From an uncultured bacterium (GTDB taxonomy: Bacteria; Margulisbacteria; WOR-1; CAVSGV01), in contig CAVYHE010000010.1 of assembly GCA_963768305.1 (NCBI GenBank), positions 43,997 to 107,996 of the forward strand: DNA of 64,000 nucleotides. Reading direction: 5' to 3'. The position numbers and the translations under genes were made by a program. Below, one piece after another: positions 32,101 through 43,694 of the stretch. Positions within the stretch are counted from its first letter, which is position 1; each line of letters starts with the position of its first letter. Below the pieces are notes generated by a model. That model saw nothing but the letters and a program-made list of their open reading frames with translations. It made no database searches and was not told the DNA's origin.

Positions 32101-33737
32101 GGCCATAAGGTGAGCGAGATAATCGCCAAGAACAAGATATACCACTCCCGGCGTGACCCTGATATCGCCGCCGCCGCACCATGATATATATTCGATCGAG
32201 GACCTGGCGCAGCTGATATTCGACCTGAAGAACACCAATCCCGAGGCCAGGATAAGCGTAAAGCTTGTTTCGGAGATCGGCGTCGGCACGATCGCTGCGG
32301 GAGTGGCAAAAGGGCCATGCCGACATGATACTGATATCCGGCGGCAGACGGCGGCACAGGCGCTTCTCCTTTAAGCTCCATAAAACATGCGGGACTTCCC
32401 TGGGAGCTGGGCATTTCCGAAACACACCAGACGCTTGTGCTGAACGACCTGAGGAGCAGGGTGAGACTGCAGACGGACGGGCAGATGAGGACCGGGAGGG
32501 ATGTTGCGATAGCCGCGCATGTTGGGCGCCGAAGAATACGGTTTCTGCACTGCGGCGCTGATCGTTCTGGGATGCGTCATGCTGAGGCATTGCAACCTGA
32601 ACAATTGTTCGGTGGGCGTGGCGACGCAGGATGAGGATCTTCAAGCAAGGTTCAGGGGAAAGCCGGAGCATGTTGATGAATTATTTCAATTTCGTCGCCA
32701 GGGAACTGCGGGAGATAATGGCTGAGCTTGGGCGTAAGAAAAATTGACGACCTGATAGGCAGGACCGATCTGCTGGAAGTGAATAAGGATATACTTCCCT
32801 GGAAAGCGAAAGGGATAGATTTTTCAAGAATACTTTATTCAAGCCGGAGGTGCCGAAACGAAGATCGGCGTTTTCTGCCAGAATCAGCAGGACCACGGAA
32901 TCGATAAAGTCCTGGACAGGAAACTTGATCGAAATGGCGGAACCTGCCATTAAAGAACGGCAAGCCCGTAAAGATCGAATTTGCCATCAACAATACGAAC
33001 AGGACCACCGGGGCGATGCTGAGCGGCGAGGTTTGCAAAGTTACGGCGAAGCAGGGCTTGCCGGAAGATACGATCCATTGTAAATTCAACGGCGTCGCCG
33101 GCCAGAGTTTCGGCGCGTGGCTTGCGAAAGGGGTCACTTTTGAGCTGGAAGGAATGGCAAATGATTATGTCGGCAAAGGGATATCCGGCGGCAAGATCAT
33201 CATTTATCCGGACAAGAAGTCAGATTACTATGCCGGAAGAGAATATCATAATCGGCAATACCACTTTCTACGGCGCGATAACCGGAGAAGCTTACATCAG
33301 AGGGGTGGCCGGAGAAAGGTTCTGCATCAGGAATTCCGGGCTTGAATGCGGTCGTCGAAGGAGTAGGCGACCACGGATGCGAATACATGACAGGCGGCAG
33401 GGTAGTCGTGCTTGGAAAGACCGGAAGGAATTTTGCGGCGGGCATGTCCGGCGGGATCGCCTATGTTTATGATAAGGACGGCGACTTTCAAGGACAAATG
33501 CAACATGGAAATGGTCAGCTTTGAGCCGCTTGACGGCGAAGACGTCCAGGTCATAAAGGAGCTTTTAATGAACCATCATAAATATACGGAAAGCCCATTG
33601 GCCAAAAAGATCGTCGATAATATTGAAGCCGCATTTAAAGAAATTCGTAAAAGTAATGCCGCTCGAATACAAGCGCGTTCTTGAAGGAAAAAATGCGTGA
33701 GGAAAAATCGGATATTTCGGAGGATTCGGATGGGTGA
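29175..33737 (+). CDS. gltB: Glutamate synthase large subunit (many apparent frameshifts)
   Basis: [77 protein letters not shown] and GCEYMTGG across successive frames. Confidence 0.93.
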
Positions 33738-35123
33738 CATAAAAGGATTTATGAAATTCAAGAGAAGGAGCCCGAATACCGGCGCGCGTGCGACCGCGTA
33801 AAGGATTACGGCGATGTGCTGGTCATGAGGAGCGAGGGGAATTCCAAGGAACAGGCGTCGCGCTGCATGGATTGCGGAACGCCTTTCTGCAACTTCGGCT
33901 GCCCCATAGGCAACTATATTCCCGAATGGAACGACAGTGCTTATACCGGACACTGGAGAACGGCATTCGACCTTCTTAACGCGACGAACAATCTTCCGGA
34001 AATAACCGGAAGGGTATGTCCGGCGCCGTGCGAATATGCCTGCGTCCTCGGGATAAATGACGATCCAGTTACGATCAGGGAAAATGAGCTTTCCATTATC
34101 GAATATGCTTTTGACCACGGACTTATAAAGGCCGTTCCACCGAAGAAGCGGACCGGGAAAAAGGTAGCTGTCATCGGCTCCGGCCCGTCCGGCCTGTCGG
34201 CTGCTGCGCAGCTTAACATCGCAGGACACAAGGTGACCGTGTTTGAAAAAGACGATAAGATCGGCGGGATAATGAGATACGGGATACCCGATTTCAAGCT
34301 TGAAAAAAGGATACTTGACCGCAGGATAGCCATATGGAAAAAAGAAGGGATAAATTTCGTTACGGGAGTTAATGTCGGGACCGATATTTCCCCGTCAAAA
34401 TTACTGGAAGAATTTGACGCAGTTTGCCTTGCGGGCGGCTCCAGGGTCCCAAGGGACCTGAAAGTGGAAGGAAGGGAGCTTTCGGGCATCTATTTTGCGC
34501 TGGATTTCCTGACGCAATCGAATAAAAAAGTTTCAGGACAAAAGATACCGGCGAAAGACCTGATCGATGCGAAAGGGAAAAAAGTCGTGGTGATCGGCGG
34601 CGGAGACACGGGAGCCGACTGCGTCGGGACCGCCAACCGCCAGGGAGCGAAGAGCGTCACCCAGATAGAAGTCCTGCCGAAACCGCCGGAAGACAGGCCT
34701 TTGGGCCAGCCATGGCCGGCATATCCGGCTATACTTAAAACATCCACAAGCCACGGGGAAGGATGCGAAAGATACTGGTCGGTCGTGACCAAAAAGTTCG
34801 CCGGCAAAGGCGGCAAAGTGAAAAAGCTGATATGCGAAAAGGACGGGAAACCCTTTGAGATCGAAGCCGATATGGTTGTACTGGCAATGGGATTCCTTCA
34901 TCCCGATAGAACAGGGTTTATCGAAAAGCTCGGCCTGGAGATTGACCAGAGGGGCAATGTTAAGACAGGCGACGATTTCATGACCTCCAAAAAAGGCGTA
35001 TTTTCCGCCGGCGACATGCGCAGGGGGCAATCCCTGATCGTATGGGCCATAAGCGAAGGCCGCAAAGCCGCGCGCTCGATAGATATTTTCCTAATGGGAA
35101 AGAGCAACCTTCCAGCCATTTAG
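33730..35123 (+). CDS. gltD: Glutamate synthase small subunit (frameshifts near the 5' end)
   Basis: [46 protein letters not shown] and AGDMRRGQSL. Confidence 0.94.
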
Positions 35124-35174
35124 CTTTTCCTCACTTCTTCCCCTTACTGAGCCTTATTCCCCCTATTTTCCATG

Positions 35175-35201
35175 CAAGTTTTTGCCGTCTTTACACGATA
35201 A
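35175..35201 (+). promoter_or_regulatory. sigma28/FliA-like promoter
   Basis: CAAG-N15-CACGATAA, the same geometry as three other copies in the window. Confidence 0.5.
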
Positions 35202-35232
35202 TATAAATGTAAAGAACGCATGGAGGGCAAAA

Positions 35233-35864
35233 ATGGCGAATGATGGAATAACGAATATAAAATTTTATAATGCGCCAAAAGATATAACTAATTACGTCGC
35301 TCAAAAAAATCAAGCTGCGCCCGATGACGCGATCAAAAAATATCTTGCAAATGTGCTTACAAAATTCTTTGCTTCCACCGGATGCGATCCCAATTGGGTC
35401 GAAGTGATAGTTCCTGACGAGATGAAAATATGAAATGCGATCTTAAAACATTCACGGAAAAAATCGTAAAGTCCCAGAACATGGGCTACGTGCATTTACT
35501 TGAAGAAGCCCTTAATAATGCGGATATCATAACCAAAGATGTCCTTCCCTTGGTAAGTGTGAACAAAGGGAACCTCAAACAAAATCCGAGCGCAAAGATG
35601 GCTCCAATAACGATAGATCTGAATAAAGCCATTCCCCGAAAGAACATCGAAGCAAAGAAACCTGTTGATTTGGCATCGGGAACTCTATCTGAGCAAGGTT
35701 CCATTTCAAAAGCAGGCATTATCGGCGGGTCTCCTGCAGTGAACGGAATTAAGATCGATGAAAATTCATCTAACGCCGGTGATAGGTGGAGTGACGGTTT
35801 CATTGTAAAAACGGCATTTGAATTGGTCAAAAATCAAGCCGCCAAAAATGTCGGGAACGCATAG
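35233..35864 (+). CDS. Hypothetical protein(s): either two ORFs joined by ATGA at 35430 or one frameshifted gene
   Basis: GGAGG SD before ATG 35233. No recognised motif. Confidence 0.5.
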
Positions 35865-35872
35865 AGGGAAAA

Positions 35873-36373
35873 ATGATAAACGAACAACATAAATACGAAG
35901 TCGAAAAGATCCTCAAAGCGTTCTGGCTGGCTCATGGAAAACCCATAGCCGTGAATGCCATGCATACCACAGTGAACGTGGAGCCGAAATTCATCATCGG
36001 GAACCGAATAAATCCGGAGGTCGCTAAAAAGATAATAGGGGTTTACCTCTCTCATTTGACTTCGGATAAGGTCGTTACTGATCAGGTTGTGATCAATAGC
36101 GACGGCATAAAGGTTTTTGATGAGGGCAAGATGGTCGTTGAGATAGTTAACAGCAGGTTCGTTGATTCAGTCTCGAACAATGTGACCTCGCAGGTCGGGA
36201 AAGAGCTGGTGAAAAAGGAGAAGAAAGGCGGCGGAACTTATATTAACTCGGCCAATAAGGAAACCTTCACTTTCGGCGAGATAAAACAGGCTCTGGCGGA
36301 ATTCCTCATGGATTCCGGCAAGAACGATTCAAAGAACATGCTTAAAGACGCGGTCCTGCTTCTCGTGAAATAA
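35873..36373 (+). CDS. Hypothetical protein
   Basis: 166 aa with GAGGG SD. No recognised motif. Confidence 0.6.
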   Translation: MINEQHKYEVEKILKAFWLAHGKPIAVNAMHTTVNVEPKFIIGNRINPEVAKKIIGVYLSHLTSDKVVTDQVVINSDGIKVFDEGKMVVEIVNSRFVDSVSNNVTSQVGKELVKKEKKGGGTYINSANKETFTFGEIKQALAEFLMDSGKNDSKNMLKDAVLLLVK

Positions 36374-36376
36374 CCG

Positions 36377-37315
36377 CTAGAAAAGTTTCCCCAGTTTTTC
36401 GTTCAGGATTATCTTCGCATTCGCTTTTTCTTCCTGCAGGTCATTCTGGAACTGGGTGCGGGCTTTTTCAGAAAGGAGGAATTTCCGTATATTGTCCTTT
36501 ATGTCCTCGAGCTTTGTCTCTTTGGCGGGATCTTTTCCACGACCTTGAATATGTAATATCCGGCTTCCCGGAAGTTATATCGCTAATATCATTCTTTTTC
36601 AGCTCGAATATCTGAGAATCGTCGTATACAGGAAGCTGGCCTCTCTCAACGGCCCCGATATCTTCGCCTATGAATTTGGCCCCGGCATTAAGGTTCTGTT
36701 TTTCCGTTTGGATATCCTGAAGGTCTTTCATGAAAATCTGCTTGAGATGTATTTTTTCTTTCCGGAAATACAGGTCCCTATTATTGTCATAAAAAGCCTT
36801 TATCTCTTCATCCGACACCGCCAGAGTTTTTGCTCTCATTTCCATCAGTTTTTCGACTATAAGCTGCTTTCTTGTGTCCCTTTCCAGGTCATCCATTGTC
36901 ATTCCCTGGTCATCCAGGGACTGGTAGAATTCTTTTTTCGAGGGGAAGGACTTTTTCATTTCGGCTATCCTGGAATTCACGGCCTTATCCTTTATTTCCA
37001 GGCCTTCTCTTTCTGCCCATTGGAGAAGGATGACGGATTCTATCATCTGTTCAAGGACGGATTTCCTTGTATCCTGAAGGAGAGCCTGCTCATCGGCCGC
37101 TTCTATACTTGTGGATTTGGTAATGTCCTTCATAGCCGCGTCAACCCTTCTGTTGAAAAGATCCATGGAGATAGTGTCATCGTTCACCTTGGCGGCCCAT
37201 TCAACGGGCTTTTTAAGGGCGGTTTTGACCATAGTATGTTTTGGCTTTACGATTGAGAGCGCGGGCAATGAAGCTATGGAAATGATGAAAGAAGAAGGAA
37301 AAGCTTGTTTTTCAT
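36377..37315 (-). CDS. SurA/PrsA-like peptidyl-prolyl isomerase/foldase (frameshifts near both ends)
   Basis: AAKVNDDTI, LEQMIE..LLQWAE..GL, VSDEEIKAFYDNN and IHLKQI. The C-terminus NAKIILNEKLGKLF* ends at 36377. Confidence 0.8.
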
Positions 37316-37363
37316 AGGAGATGAAATTTAGCATAAATGAAGATGGAAGTAAAGCAGAAGGGA

Positions 37364-40300
37364 TTATTTGCTCTGTCTGATCTTATCTTTTATAATATCG
37401 AACCATTTTATTTTTGGAACGCCCGACATTTTAATGAGCATGGGTTTTTTAAGTTCGAACTTTATCTCAACACTATCAGATCCTCCTGTAATGCTTGTTA
37501 CGTTCATGTTCCCTGCTTCGATCTTAAGCTCGATGATCTTAAATAGCGTTTCAAGCTCAGAAGGAATATTCCCGAACCTGTCGGTAACCTCTTTTTTCAG
37601 GTCATCAAGTTCGCCGAAGTCATTAAGAAAATTCATCCTCCTGTACAGCGCGATCCTCTGCCTGTCGTCCTCCACGTAATCCTTTGGGATGAAAGCGTCT
37701 ATTTTCAGGTCAATGAACACCTTTTTGGCCGTGGGGACGGAGATGTGCTGTATCTCCCTTACGGATTCTTCCAGCAAGTCGCAGTACATATCAAAGCCGA
37801 TGTTAAGCATGTGGCCGCTCTGCTCGCCGCCAAGGACATTGCCTGCGCCCCGTATTTCCAGGTCCGCCATCGCCAGCTTGTACCCGCTTCCGAGAGCCGT
37901 GAATTCCTGTATCGCCTTCAACCTTTCTAGTGCCTTGCCGGTAAGGACCTTCTCTTTGTGATAAAGAAGATACGCGAATGCCCTTGTTGAAGACCTGCCT
38001 ACCCGGCCTCTTATCTGATAAAGCTGCGAAAGGCCGAAATCGGACGCGTTGTCTATTATGACGGTATTCACGGATGGGATATCAAGGCCGGATTCTATTA
38101 TGCTGGTGGAGACCAGCACGTCGAATTCCCTGTTGATGAACTTGATCATTATATCTTCAAGCTGGGAGCCTTTCATCTGGCCGTGGGCCACGGCAAGTCT
38201 TGCCTCAGGAACGACGCGCTTGATCAAAGACGCCATATTATCGATGCTCCTTACGAAATTGTGGACAAAAAATACCTGGCCGCCTCTTTCAAGTTCTCTC
38301 CTTATTGCCTCTTTTATGATGTTCTCGTCGAATTCCCTCAAGTATGTCCTGACGGGCGAGCGGTCCAGCGGAGGTGTTGCTATGATGCTCATCTCCCTGA
38401 CACCGGAAAGCGACATGTAAAGAGTCCTCGGTATAGGCGTTGCCGTAAGAGTGAGGACGTTCACTTTATTCGCGATCTGCTTGATCTTTTCCTTATGCGA
38501 AACTCCGAATTTCTGCTCCTCATCGATTATCAATAGCCCCAAATTGTGGAACTTAATGTCTTTCTGTAAAATCCTGTGCGTTCCGATCACTATGTCCACC
38601 GCTCCGGTTTCCAGGGACTTGACAACCTGCGCCTGTTCCTCCCTGCTTTTATATCTTGACAGCATTTCGACGGTGAAAGGGTAGGGTTTGAACCTTTCCG
38701 AGAAAACGTGAAAATGCTGGTCAGCGAGGACTGTAGTGGGAGTGAGGACCGCGACCTGCTGGCCGGAAAAAGCTGTCTTAAAAGCCGCCCGCAGGGCGAC
38801 TTCCGTTTTTCCGTATCCCACGTCTCCGCAAACAAGCCTGTCCATTAGCTTGCCGCTCTCCATCTCATTTTTTATATCTGCTATCGCTGTTTTTTGATCC
38901 GGGGTTTCTTCATAGGGGAAGGCCCTTTCGAATTCAGTTTCCCAGGCTGAATCGGGTGGATACCTGAACCCTTCCATGTTGTGCCTTGAAACATAAAGGT
39001 CCATCAGCTCTTTCGTCATATCCTTAATGGACTTTTTTGCGCGGGACCTTTGCCTGGCCCACTCCGTTCCCCCCAGGCGGCTTATTTTCGGCGTATAATC
39101 TCCTTTGCCGGAATATTTCTCCACAAGCCCCATCTGATGCAAAGGCACGTAAAGCCGGTCCTCGTGAGCATAATCGATCTGGATGTATTCCTGAAGAGCC
39201 CCGCCGATCTCAAGCTTTTTCAAACCCCTGTATATGCCTATCCCGTAATTGGAATGGACAACGTAGTCCCCGAGCTGAAGCTGCGCAAGAAGCTTTTCGG
39301 ATACGCCTTCGAGCGGCTTCGGTGTGAATTTCACTTTTGATGGGCGGCTCCCGAATATTTCCTTATCCGTCAGTACCTGCAAGCCGCCGCCGTAAAAGCC
39401 CTTTTCAAGCTCGCCATAAAGCAAAAATATGCCTTTTTCGATCGCCGTTGGGACAGCTTCAACCCTTTTTACGAATATATCCTTTTCGGTGAAAAATTCG
39501 CTCAAGCGGTCCGCCTGCCTGCTGATGATAAAGGTCGAGATCCGGTCCTTTTCTGACTCGATCTTTTCGGCAAGCTGATCAAGTTTTCCCATGAAGTCGG
39601 CCGCCGGCGAAAGATCGAAAGAAATATCGCCTGCGCTGTTCACTTTTTCAATGATCTGGTGCTTGGATGCAATATTCTCGAATTCATCGATATCAAGATA
39701 GAATTGCCCTTTTGAATCACCCCTTAATTCCTCTATTTCCTTGATTAGCTTTTCCTGGGAAAGCTTGAGGGTCTGGGGGTCGTCCAAAACTATCAGAGCA
39801 TCTTCCGCCAAATATTCAAAAATGGCGCTGAAATCGCGGAATATTTCCGGGATCCTTAGCTCTATACCGTCCTTGTATTCCTCGGGGTTTTCAAGAACGA
39901 CCTCATGGATTGGGAATATCTTTATCTTATTCACATCAGAGCTCGATCTCTGGCTGGCAGCGTCAAAGGACCTTATCGTTTCTATTTTATCGCCTATAAG
40001 CTCAATTCTGGCCGGATTATCAAGGTTCGGCGCGAATATATCCACTATACCGCCCCTAACTGAAAATTCGCCTCTTTCCCCTACGATATCCCTTCTCCTG
40101 AATCCGATCCTTACCAGCTGTTTTATCAGTTGGTCAAGATCTATCTTTGGGGCGGAAACGCTCAATGATATCGTGTTTTCTTTAAGGGCCTTTTTGGACG
40201 GCACCCTTGTTATTGCCGATTTTATGTTCGCGGTCAGGACCAGCTTTTCGCCGCTTAATAAGCGGTCCAGTATTTTCTGCCGCTCTCCGGTTATTTCTGA

Positions 40301-40570
40301 GCTGGGGGAAATATCTTCGGTAGGGTAGGTGTCCCAGGAAGGAAAATAAAAAACACGATCGCCGCCAGAGAACGCTTTTACGTCGCCGGACAACTGTTCC
40401 GCGTCCTGAGATATGACAATGATAGTGCGGCCTGTCTTGAGGGAAAGAGCGGAATAGAAAGCCGCGGCCGAGCTGCCGTAAAGTCCTTCAACTGTTCCTT
40501 TTTTTCTTTCCAAGGCCCTAGCGGTGCGGGGGTCATCAGAAAGTTTTTTTGTTAATTCGATGAGGTTCAC
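37364..40570 (-). CDS. mfd: Transcription-repair coupling factor
   Basis: GEFSVRGGIVD, DYVVH..GIG.Y, MDRLVCGDVGYGKTEVA, DEEQKFG, TATPIPRT, QIRGRVGR and TRCF domain. Confidence 0.97.
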   Translation of the reverse strand: MNLIELTKKLSDDPRTARALERKKGTVEGLYGSSAAAFYSALSLKTGRTIIVISQDAEQLSGDVKAFSGGDRVFYFPSWDTYPTEDISPSSEITGERQKILDRLLSGEKLVLTANIKSAITRVPSKKALKENTISLSVSAPKIDLDQLIKQLVRIGFRRRDIVGERGEFSVRGGIVDIFAPNLDNPARIELIGDKIETIRSFDAASQRSSSDVNKIKIFPIHEVVLENPEEYKDGIELRIPEIFRDFSAIFEYLAEDALIVLDDPQTLKLSQEKLIKEIEELRGDSKGQFYLDIDEFENIASKHQIIEKVNSAGDISFDLSPAADFMGKLDQLAEKIESEKDRISTFIISRQADRLSEFFTEKDIFVKRVEAVPTAIEKGIFLLYGELEKGFYGGGLQVLTDKEIFGSRPSKVKFTPKPLEGVSEKLLAQLQLGDYVVHSNYGIGIYRGLKKLEIGGALQEYIQIDYAHEDRLYVPLHQMGLVEKYSGKGDYTPKISRLGGTEWARQRSRAKKSIKDMTKELMDLYVSRHNMEGFRYPPDSAWETEFERAFPYEETPDQKTAIADIKNEMESGKLMDRLVCGDVGYGKTEVALRAAFKTAFSGQQVAVLTPTTVLADQHFHVFSERFKPYPFTVEMLSRYKSREEQAQVVKSLETGAVDIVIGTHRILQKDIKFHNLGLLIIDEEQKFGVSHKEKIKQIANKVNVLTLTATPIPRTLYMSLSGVREMSIIATPPLDRSPVRTYLREFDENIIKEAIRRELERGGQVFFVHNFVRSIDNMASLIKRVVPEARLAVAHGQMKGSQLEDIMIKFINREFDVLVSTSIIESGLDIPSVNTVIIDNASDFGLSQLYQIRGRVGRSSTRAFAYLLYHKEKVLTGKALERLKAIQEFTALGSGYKLAMADLEIRGAGNVLGGEQSGHMLNIGFDMYCDLLEESVREIQHISVPTAKKVFIDLKIDAFIPKDYVEDDRQRIALYRRMNFLNDFGELDDLKKEVTDRFGNIPSELETLFKIIELKIEAGNMNVTSITGGSDSVEIKFELKKPMLIKMSGVPKIKWFDIIKDKIRQSK

Positions 40571-41139
40571 TATGTTTTATTGTACTTGTTCATTGCCTCT
40601 TCCGGGCCGCTTTTAATGATGACAGGAACGGCTTCTGCTGCGGCCAAAATGGCCTGATCTATTGTATCGGATTCTTTTGCCGGGATTTTTGCCAGGACAT
40701 AATCCGAAGCATCTTCTTCAACGTTCCTGGTCGGCGTTCCAATGCCGATCCTGATCCTTTGAAATTCTGTGGTTCCGATCCCGCTTATAATGGACTCGAC
40801 GCCTTTATGGCCGCCGGAATTTCCCTTCAACCTTATCCTTATTTGTCCCACTTCAAGGTCGAGATCATCGTATATCACGATCAGGTGCCCTGCGTCTATC
40901 TTGTACCATTTTGCCAGCTCCTGTACGCTGTCCCCGCTCAGGTTCATGAAGGTTTGCGGCTTTGCAAGAAATATTTTATGCCCGTCCAAAGTCCCCTGGC
41001 CGATAAGCGCTTGGCTCTGGCTTTTTGAAACAGGGATATTCAGGTCCTTTGAAAGCCGGTCTATTACCCTGAAGCCGATATTATGACGGGACAATTCGTA
41101 TTGTTTTCCTGGATTACCGAGGCCCACAACAAGGAACAT
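40570..41139 (-). CDS. pth: Peptidyl-tRNA hydrolase
   Basis: VGLGNPG..RHNIGF, KPQTFMNLSG, YDDLDL and GGHKG. Confidence 0.96.
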   Translation of the reverse strand: MFLVVGLGNPGKQYELSRHNIGFRVIDRLSKDLNIPVSKSQSQALIGQGTLDGHKIFLAKPQTFMNLSGDSVQELAKWYKIDAGHLIVIYDDLDLEVGQIRIRLKGNSGGHKGVESIISGIGTTEFQRIRIGIGTPTRNVEEDASDYVLAKIPAKESDTIDQAILAAAEAVPVIIKSGPEEAMNKYNKT

Positions 41140-41185
41140 CGATTCACCTCATGGACATTTTAAGGCTTCAAGGTGTAAGTGTCAA

Positions 41186-42712
41186 TTATGTCGTGGAGGC
41201 TTTTTTCATGTAGATATTCGTGTTGAAGGTATAATTAAGCCCAAAGCTGAGGTCGTCCTCTGTTCTTGTGTTTTGATCAACGTCAACGTTAGGCGAAGAC
41301 AGATCGAATATTTTGGCGGTAATATAGCAGCTCATGTCGGGATTCGGCGCGAATTTCAGCGTGGCATCGGAATACGCGGAAACTTCCGTTGTGCTATTTG
41401 AATCATATTTATCCGGAATGTCTTTCCTGTAGTTGAATGAGCTTGCCAGCGAGAACGGTGTGCCGCTTATCTGGGTCTCGAACAGGTCCATTCTCATTGA
41501 GATCGCGGTCGGATTTACCGTGATGTCCGTGTCCTTGAATAATTGAATATTATTTTCAACCTCGTAGTTAAGATGGATAAGGTCGAAGAGCGAGATATTT
41601 ATCCCTGCAATGTTCTTGGTCTCGGAATAGGATTCTGCGGAAGTGGCAAAGCTCTGGAACCAGCTTGGTTGTTCCCTGAAATAGATCGAATTTCTGGTCA
41701 AGAGCCAGAATTGCTGTGTTATATACATCATTTCGCCTTCGGTAATGCCGGCATTTGCATATGCGCGGTCATCATTTCTCCAGCCCGAGTAACCTATGGT
41801 TGTCCCGCTGTCCAGATTGCATGTTATGTCGCCGCTTGTATCCACGTTCGTGGTTTCAGATGTCCCGTTCAACCTGTCGATATAGCTATTGCTTTGAAGG
41901 TTGAGCGAAAAATACTTTGATGGGTTGAATCCGAGGGTCGAATAGGTGCCTTTTATGCCTTTGTAATTAATGTAATCGACAGGAACAGCGTAAGTAGGAT
42001 CAATATCCCTGTAGACCGTGCCCATGGTAAGCAGTCCGTCATTATACTTGACCGATTCAGTGACAGCTTTGGCGTCATTTGTCGCTGAACCGCTTTCCGC
42101 GGCGAATTGCAGGCTCCCAAGATTTATTTCGCCGCCGACCGATGTGACATCCGCGCCTTGAGGACTTGTCAAATATGTCGCCGAAAGGCCCAATACCGAG
42201 TTTGGTGAGAACACGCCCCTAACCCCGGAGAAATAATCTTTTGGTCTTGTATCTCTAAGGACCGTGGCGCCCCAGTTTCCGTTCCCCCTGGCGCCGCTGA
42301 CCACTGTGACATTTAAATTGCTTGAAGGCTTAAGCGTGAGTGCGGCTCCTTGATATGCGACATTGTTCAATGTCAGATCGGAAAAGTTAATGACATTGTC
42401 GCCCAGGTCCAAGGAATAAGTGTCGGCGGAAAGCTTAAGCCGCGCGTAAGTAAGTTCCGATACATCATTGCTTTCTTCCACCTGCAGCTGAGAAGATAAT
42501 TTTCCCTGAGGAAGATCGCCGGAAAGAGAAAGTACATGATACTGGTATTGATATGTCCATTGGTTCGCAGCAAAATCCGAGTTTGATTGTCCGGATCCCG
42601 TTCCGCCGCTGTAGGAAAGGCTTAAAGAAGCAGGCCCGTCCGCGAATGCGGATATTCGCATCAACGGAAACACCAGGACCGCCATTAATATTAATAATAT
42701 TGTTTTACGCAT
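41186..42712 (-). CDS. Secreted beta-strand-rich protein, putative outer-membrane barrel
   Basis: Signal peptide and amphipathic strands, including LDLGD..FSDLTL..YQGA and SFGLNYTF. Confidence 0.55.
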   Translation of the reverse strand: MRKTILLILMAVLVFPLMRISAFADGPASLSLSYSGGTGSGQSNSDFAANQWTYQYQYHVLSLSGDLPQGKLSSQLQVEESNDVSELTYARLKLSADTYSLDLGDNVINFSDLTLNNVAYQGAALTLKPSSNLNVTVVSGARGNGNWGATVLRDTRPKDYFSGVRGVFSPNSVLGLSATYLTSPQGADVTSVGGEINLGSLQFAAESGSATNDAKAVTESVKYNDGLLTMGTVYRDIDPTYAVPVDYINYKGIKGTYSTLGFNPSKYFSLNLQSNSYIDRLNGTSETTNVDTSGDITCNLDSGTTIGYSGWRNDDRAYANAGITEGEMMYITQQFWLLTRNSIYFREQPSWFQSFATSAESYSETKNIAGINISLFDLIHLNYEVENNIQLFKDTDITVNPTAISMRMDLFETQISGTPFSLASSFNYRKDIPDKYDSNSTTEVSAYSDATLKFAPNPDMSCYITAKIFDLSSPNVDVDQNTRTEDDLSFGLNYTFNTNIYMKKASTT

Positions 42713-42730
42713 AGTTCCCCTCTATCTATA

Positions 42731-42757
42731 TTATCGTAACAACCTAAGCTTTTCTTG
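42731..42757 (-). promoter_or_regulatory. sigma28/FliA-like promoter
   Basis: Minus strand CAAG-N15-TACGATAA upstream of the SD and ATG at 42712. Confidence 0.5.
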
Positions 42758-42834
42758 TGCATATTTCCCAAGTATTACAATAAAAATTAGCCTTTTTAAG
42801 GGCAAAAATCAAGCCCCTGTTCCTCCCTATATAT

Positions 42835-42861
42835 ATATCGTGAAAAAGAGGACAAAATTTC
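42835..42861 (-). promoter_or_regulatory. sigma28/FliA-like promoter
   Basis: Minus strand GAAA-N15-CACGATAT, very similar to the copy at 54402-54428. Confidence 0.5.
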
Positions 42862-42881
42862 ACCTAAAAGGCAAATTTTTG

Positions 42882-43691
42882 CTATTTTGAGACTTTTTTG
42901 AGGGAGAATTCGGTTTGAGATCTGAGGGTTTTATCGTCGAAATTCAGTTCGATCTGCGCTTTGTAATTTCCTTCCTTGAGAAGCGGTTTGTTGATCATGA
43001 TGTAGCTTGTTTTTGAATCTCCTGGGAGGGTGTTAATGTTGGCAGGCTGATCTTCAATGACGGTCTTATCACCGCTCGTTATCTTAACGGTCGGCTTTGC
43101 GGACAAATATGAGTTCCCGGTATTGTTAAAAGAAAGAGAAAGCTCCAGGGGGGAACCTTCTTCCGAGGTAACGGCAGAAAAAGCTTGTATCTCTCCGGAC
43201 CTCTTTATGTCGTTTTCGGTGTCCAGGTAAACTATAGTTCCTATCCTTCCTGCGACCGATATTCCTTCTGTGTTGGTCGCGGTCGATTCAAAAAATATGA
43301 CCGAAACATGCCCGCCTGAGGTCTTCCCGGGGGATGATATGGTGTATTTCACTTTCCTGACCTCTTTGGGCGCAAGGTCGAAATTTCCGGGATCAAGCTT
43401 TATCCAGGAAGAGCAGGAATAGACAGATGATCCCGGCTTCATGAAAGACTTGCTTCCGTCTGACGCGTAAACCCAATCTTCTGTATAGGCCTTTATCCCT
43501 ATATTATTACTGCCAAGGTTCTGTACGGCGATCTCGCCGTCCGCGGAAGAACCGGGCTTAAGGATAAGTTTGATATTAGAGGGATCGATGTTGATCGATA
43601 AAGCAAATGCAGGAGTGAGCGTGGCCGTCAGGGCCATAAAGACCGTGAGAGCGAATAGGGCAACAAATTTATTAATTACATAATTGCGCAT
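42882..43691 (-). CDS. Secreted two-Ig-domain protein, PapD/DUF916 (WxL-interacting)-like
   Basis: Signal peptide, INIDPSNIKL.LKPG, SCSSWIKL.P..F.L.P.E.R.V.YTI..P and SFNNTGNSY. Confidence 0.6.
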   Translation of the reverse strand: MRNYVINKFVALFALTVFMALTATLTPAFALSINIDPSNIKLILKPGSSADGEIAVQNLGSNNIGIKAYTEDWVYASDGSKSFMKPGSSVYSCSSWIKLDPGNFDLAPKEVRKVKYTISSPGKTSGGHVSVIFFESTATNTEGISVAGRIGTIVYLDTENDIKRSGEIQAFSAVTSEEGSPLELSLSFNNTGNSYLSAKPTVKITSGDKTVIEDQPANINTLPGDSKTSYIMINKPLLKEGNYKAQIELNFDDKTLRSQTEFSLKKVSK

Positions 43692-43694
43692 AAT

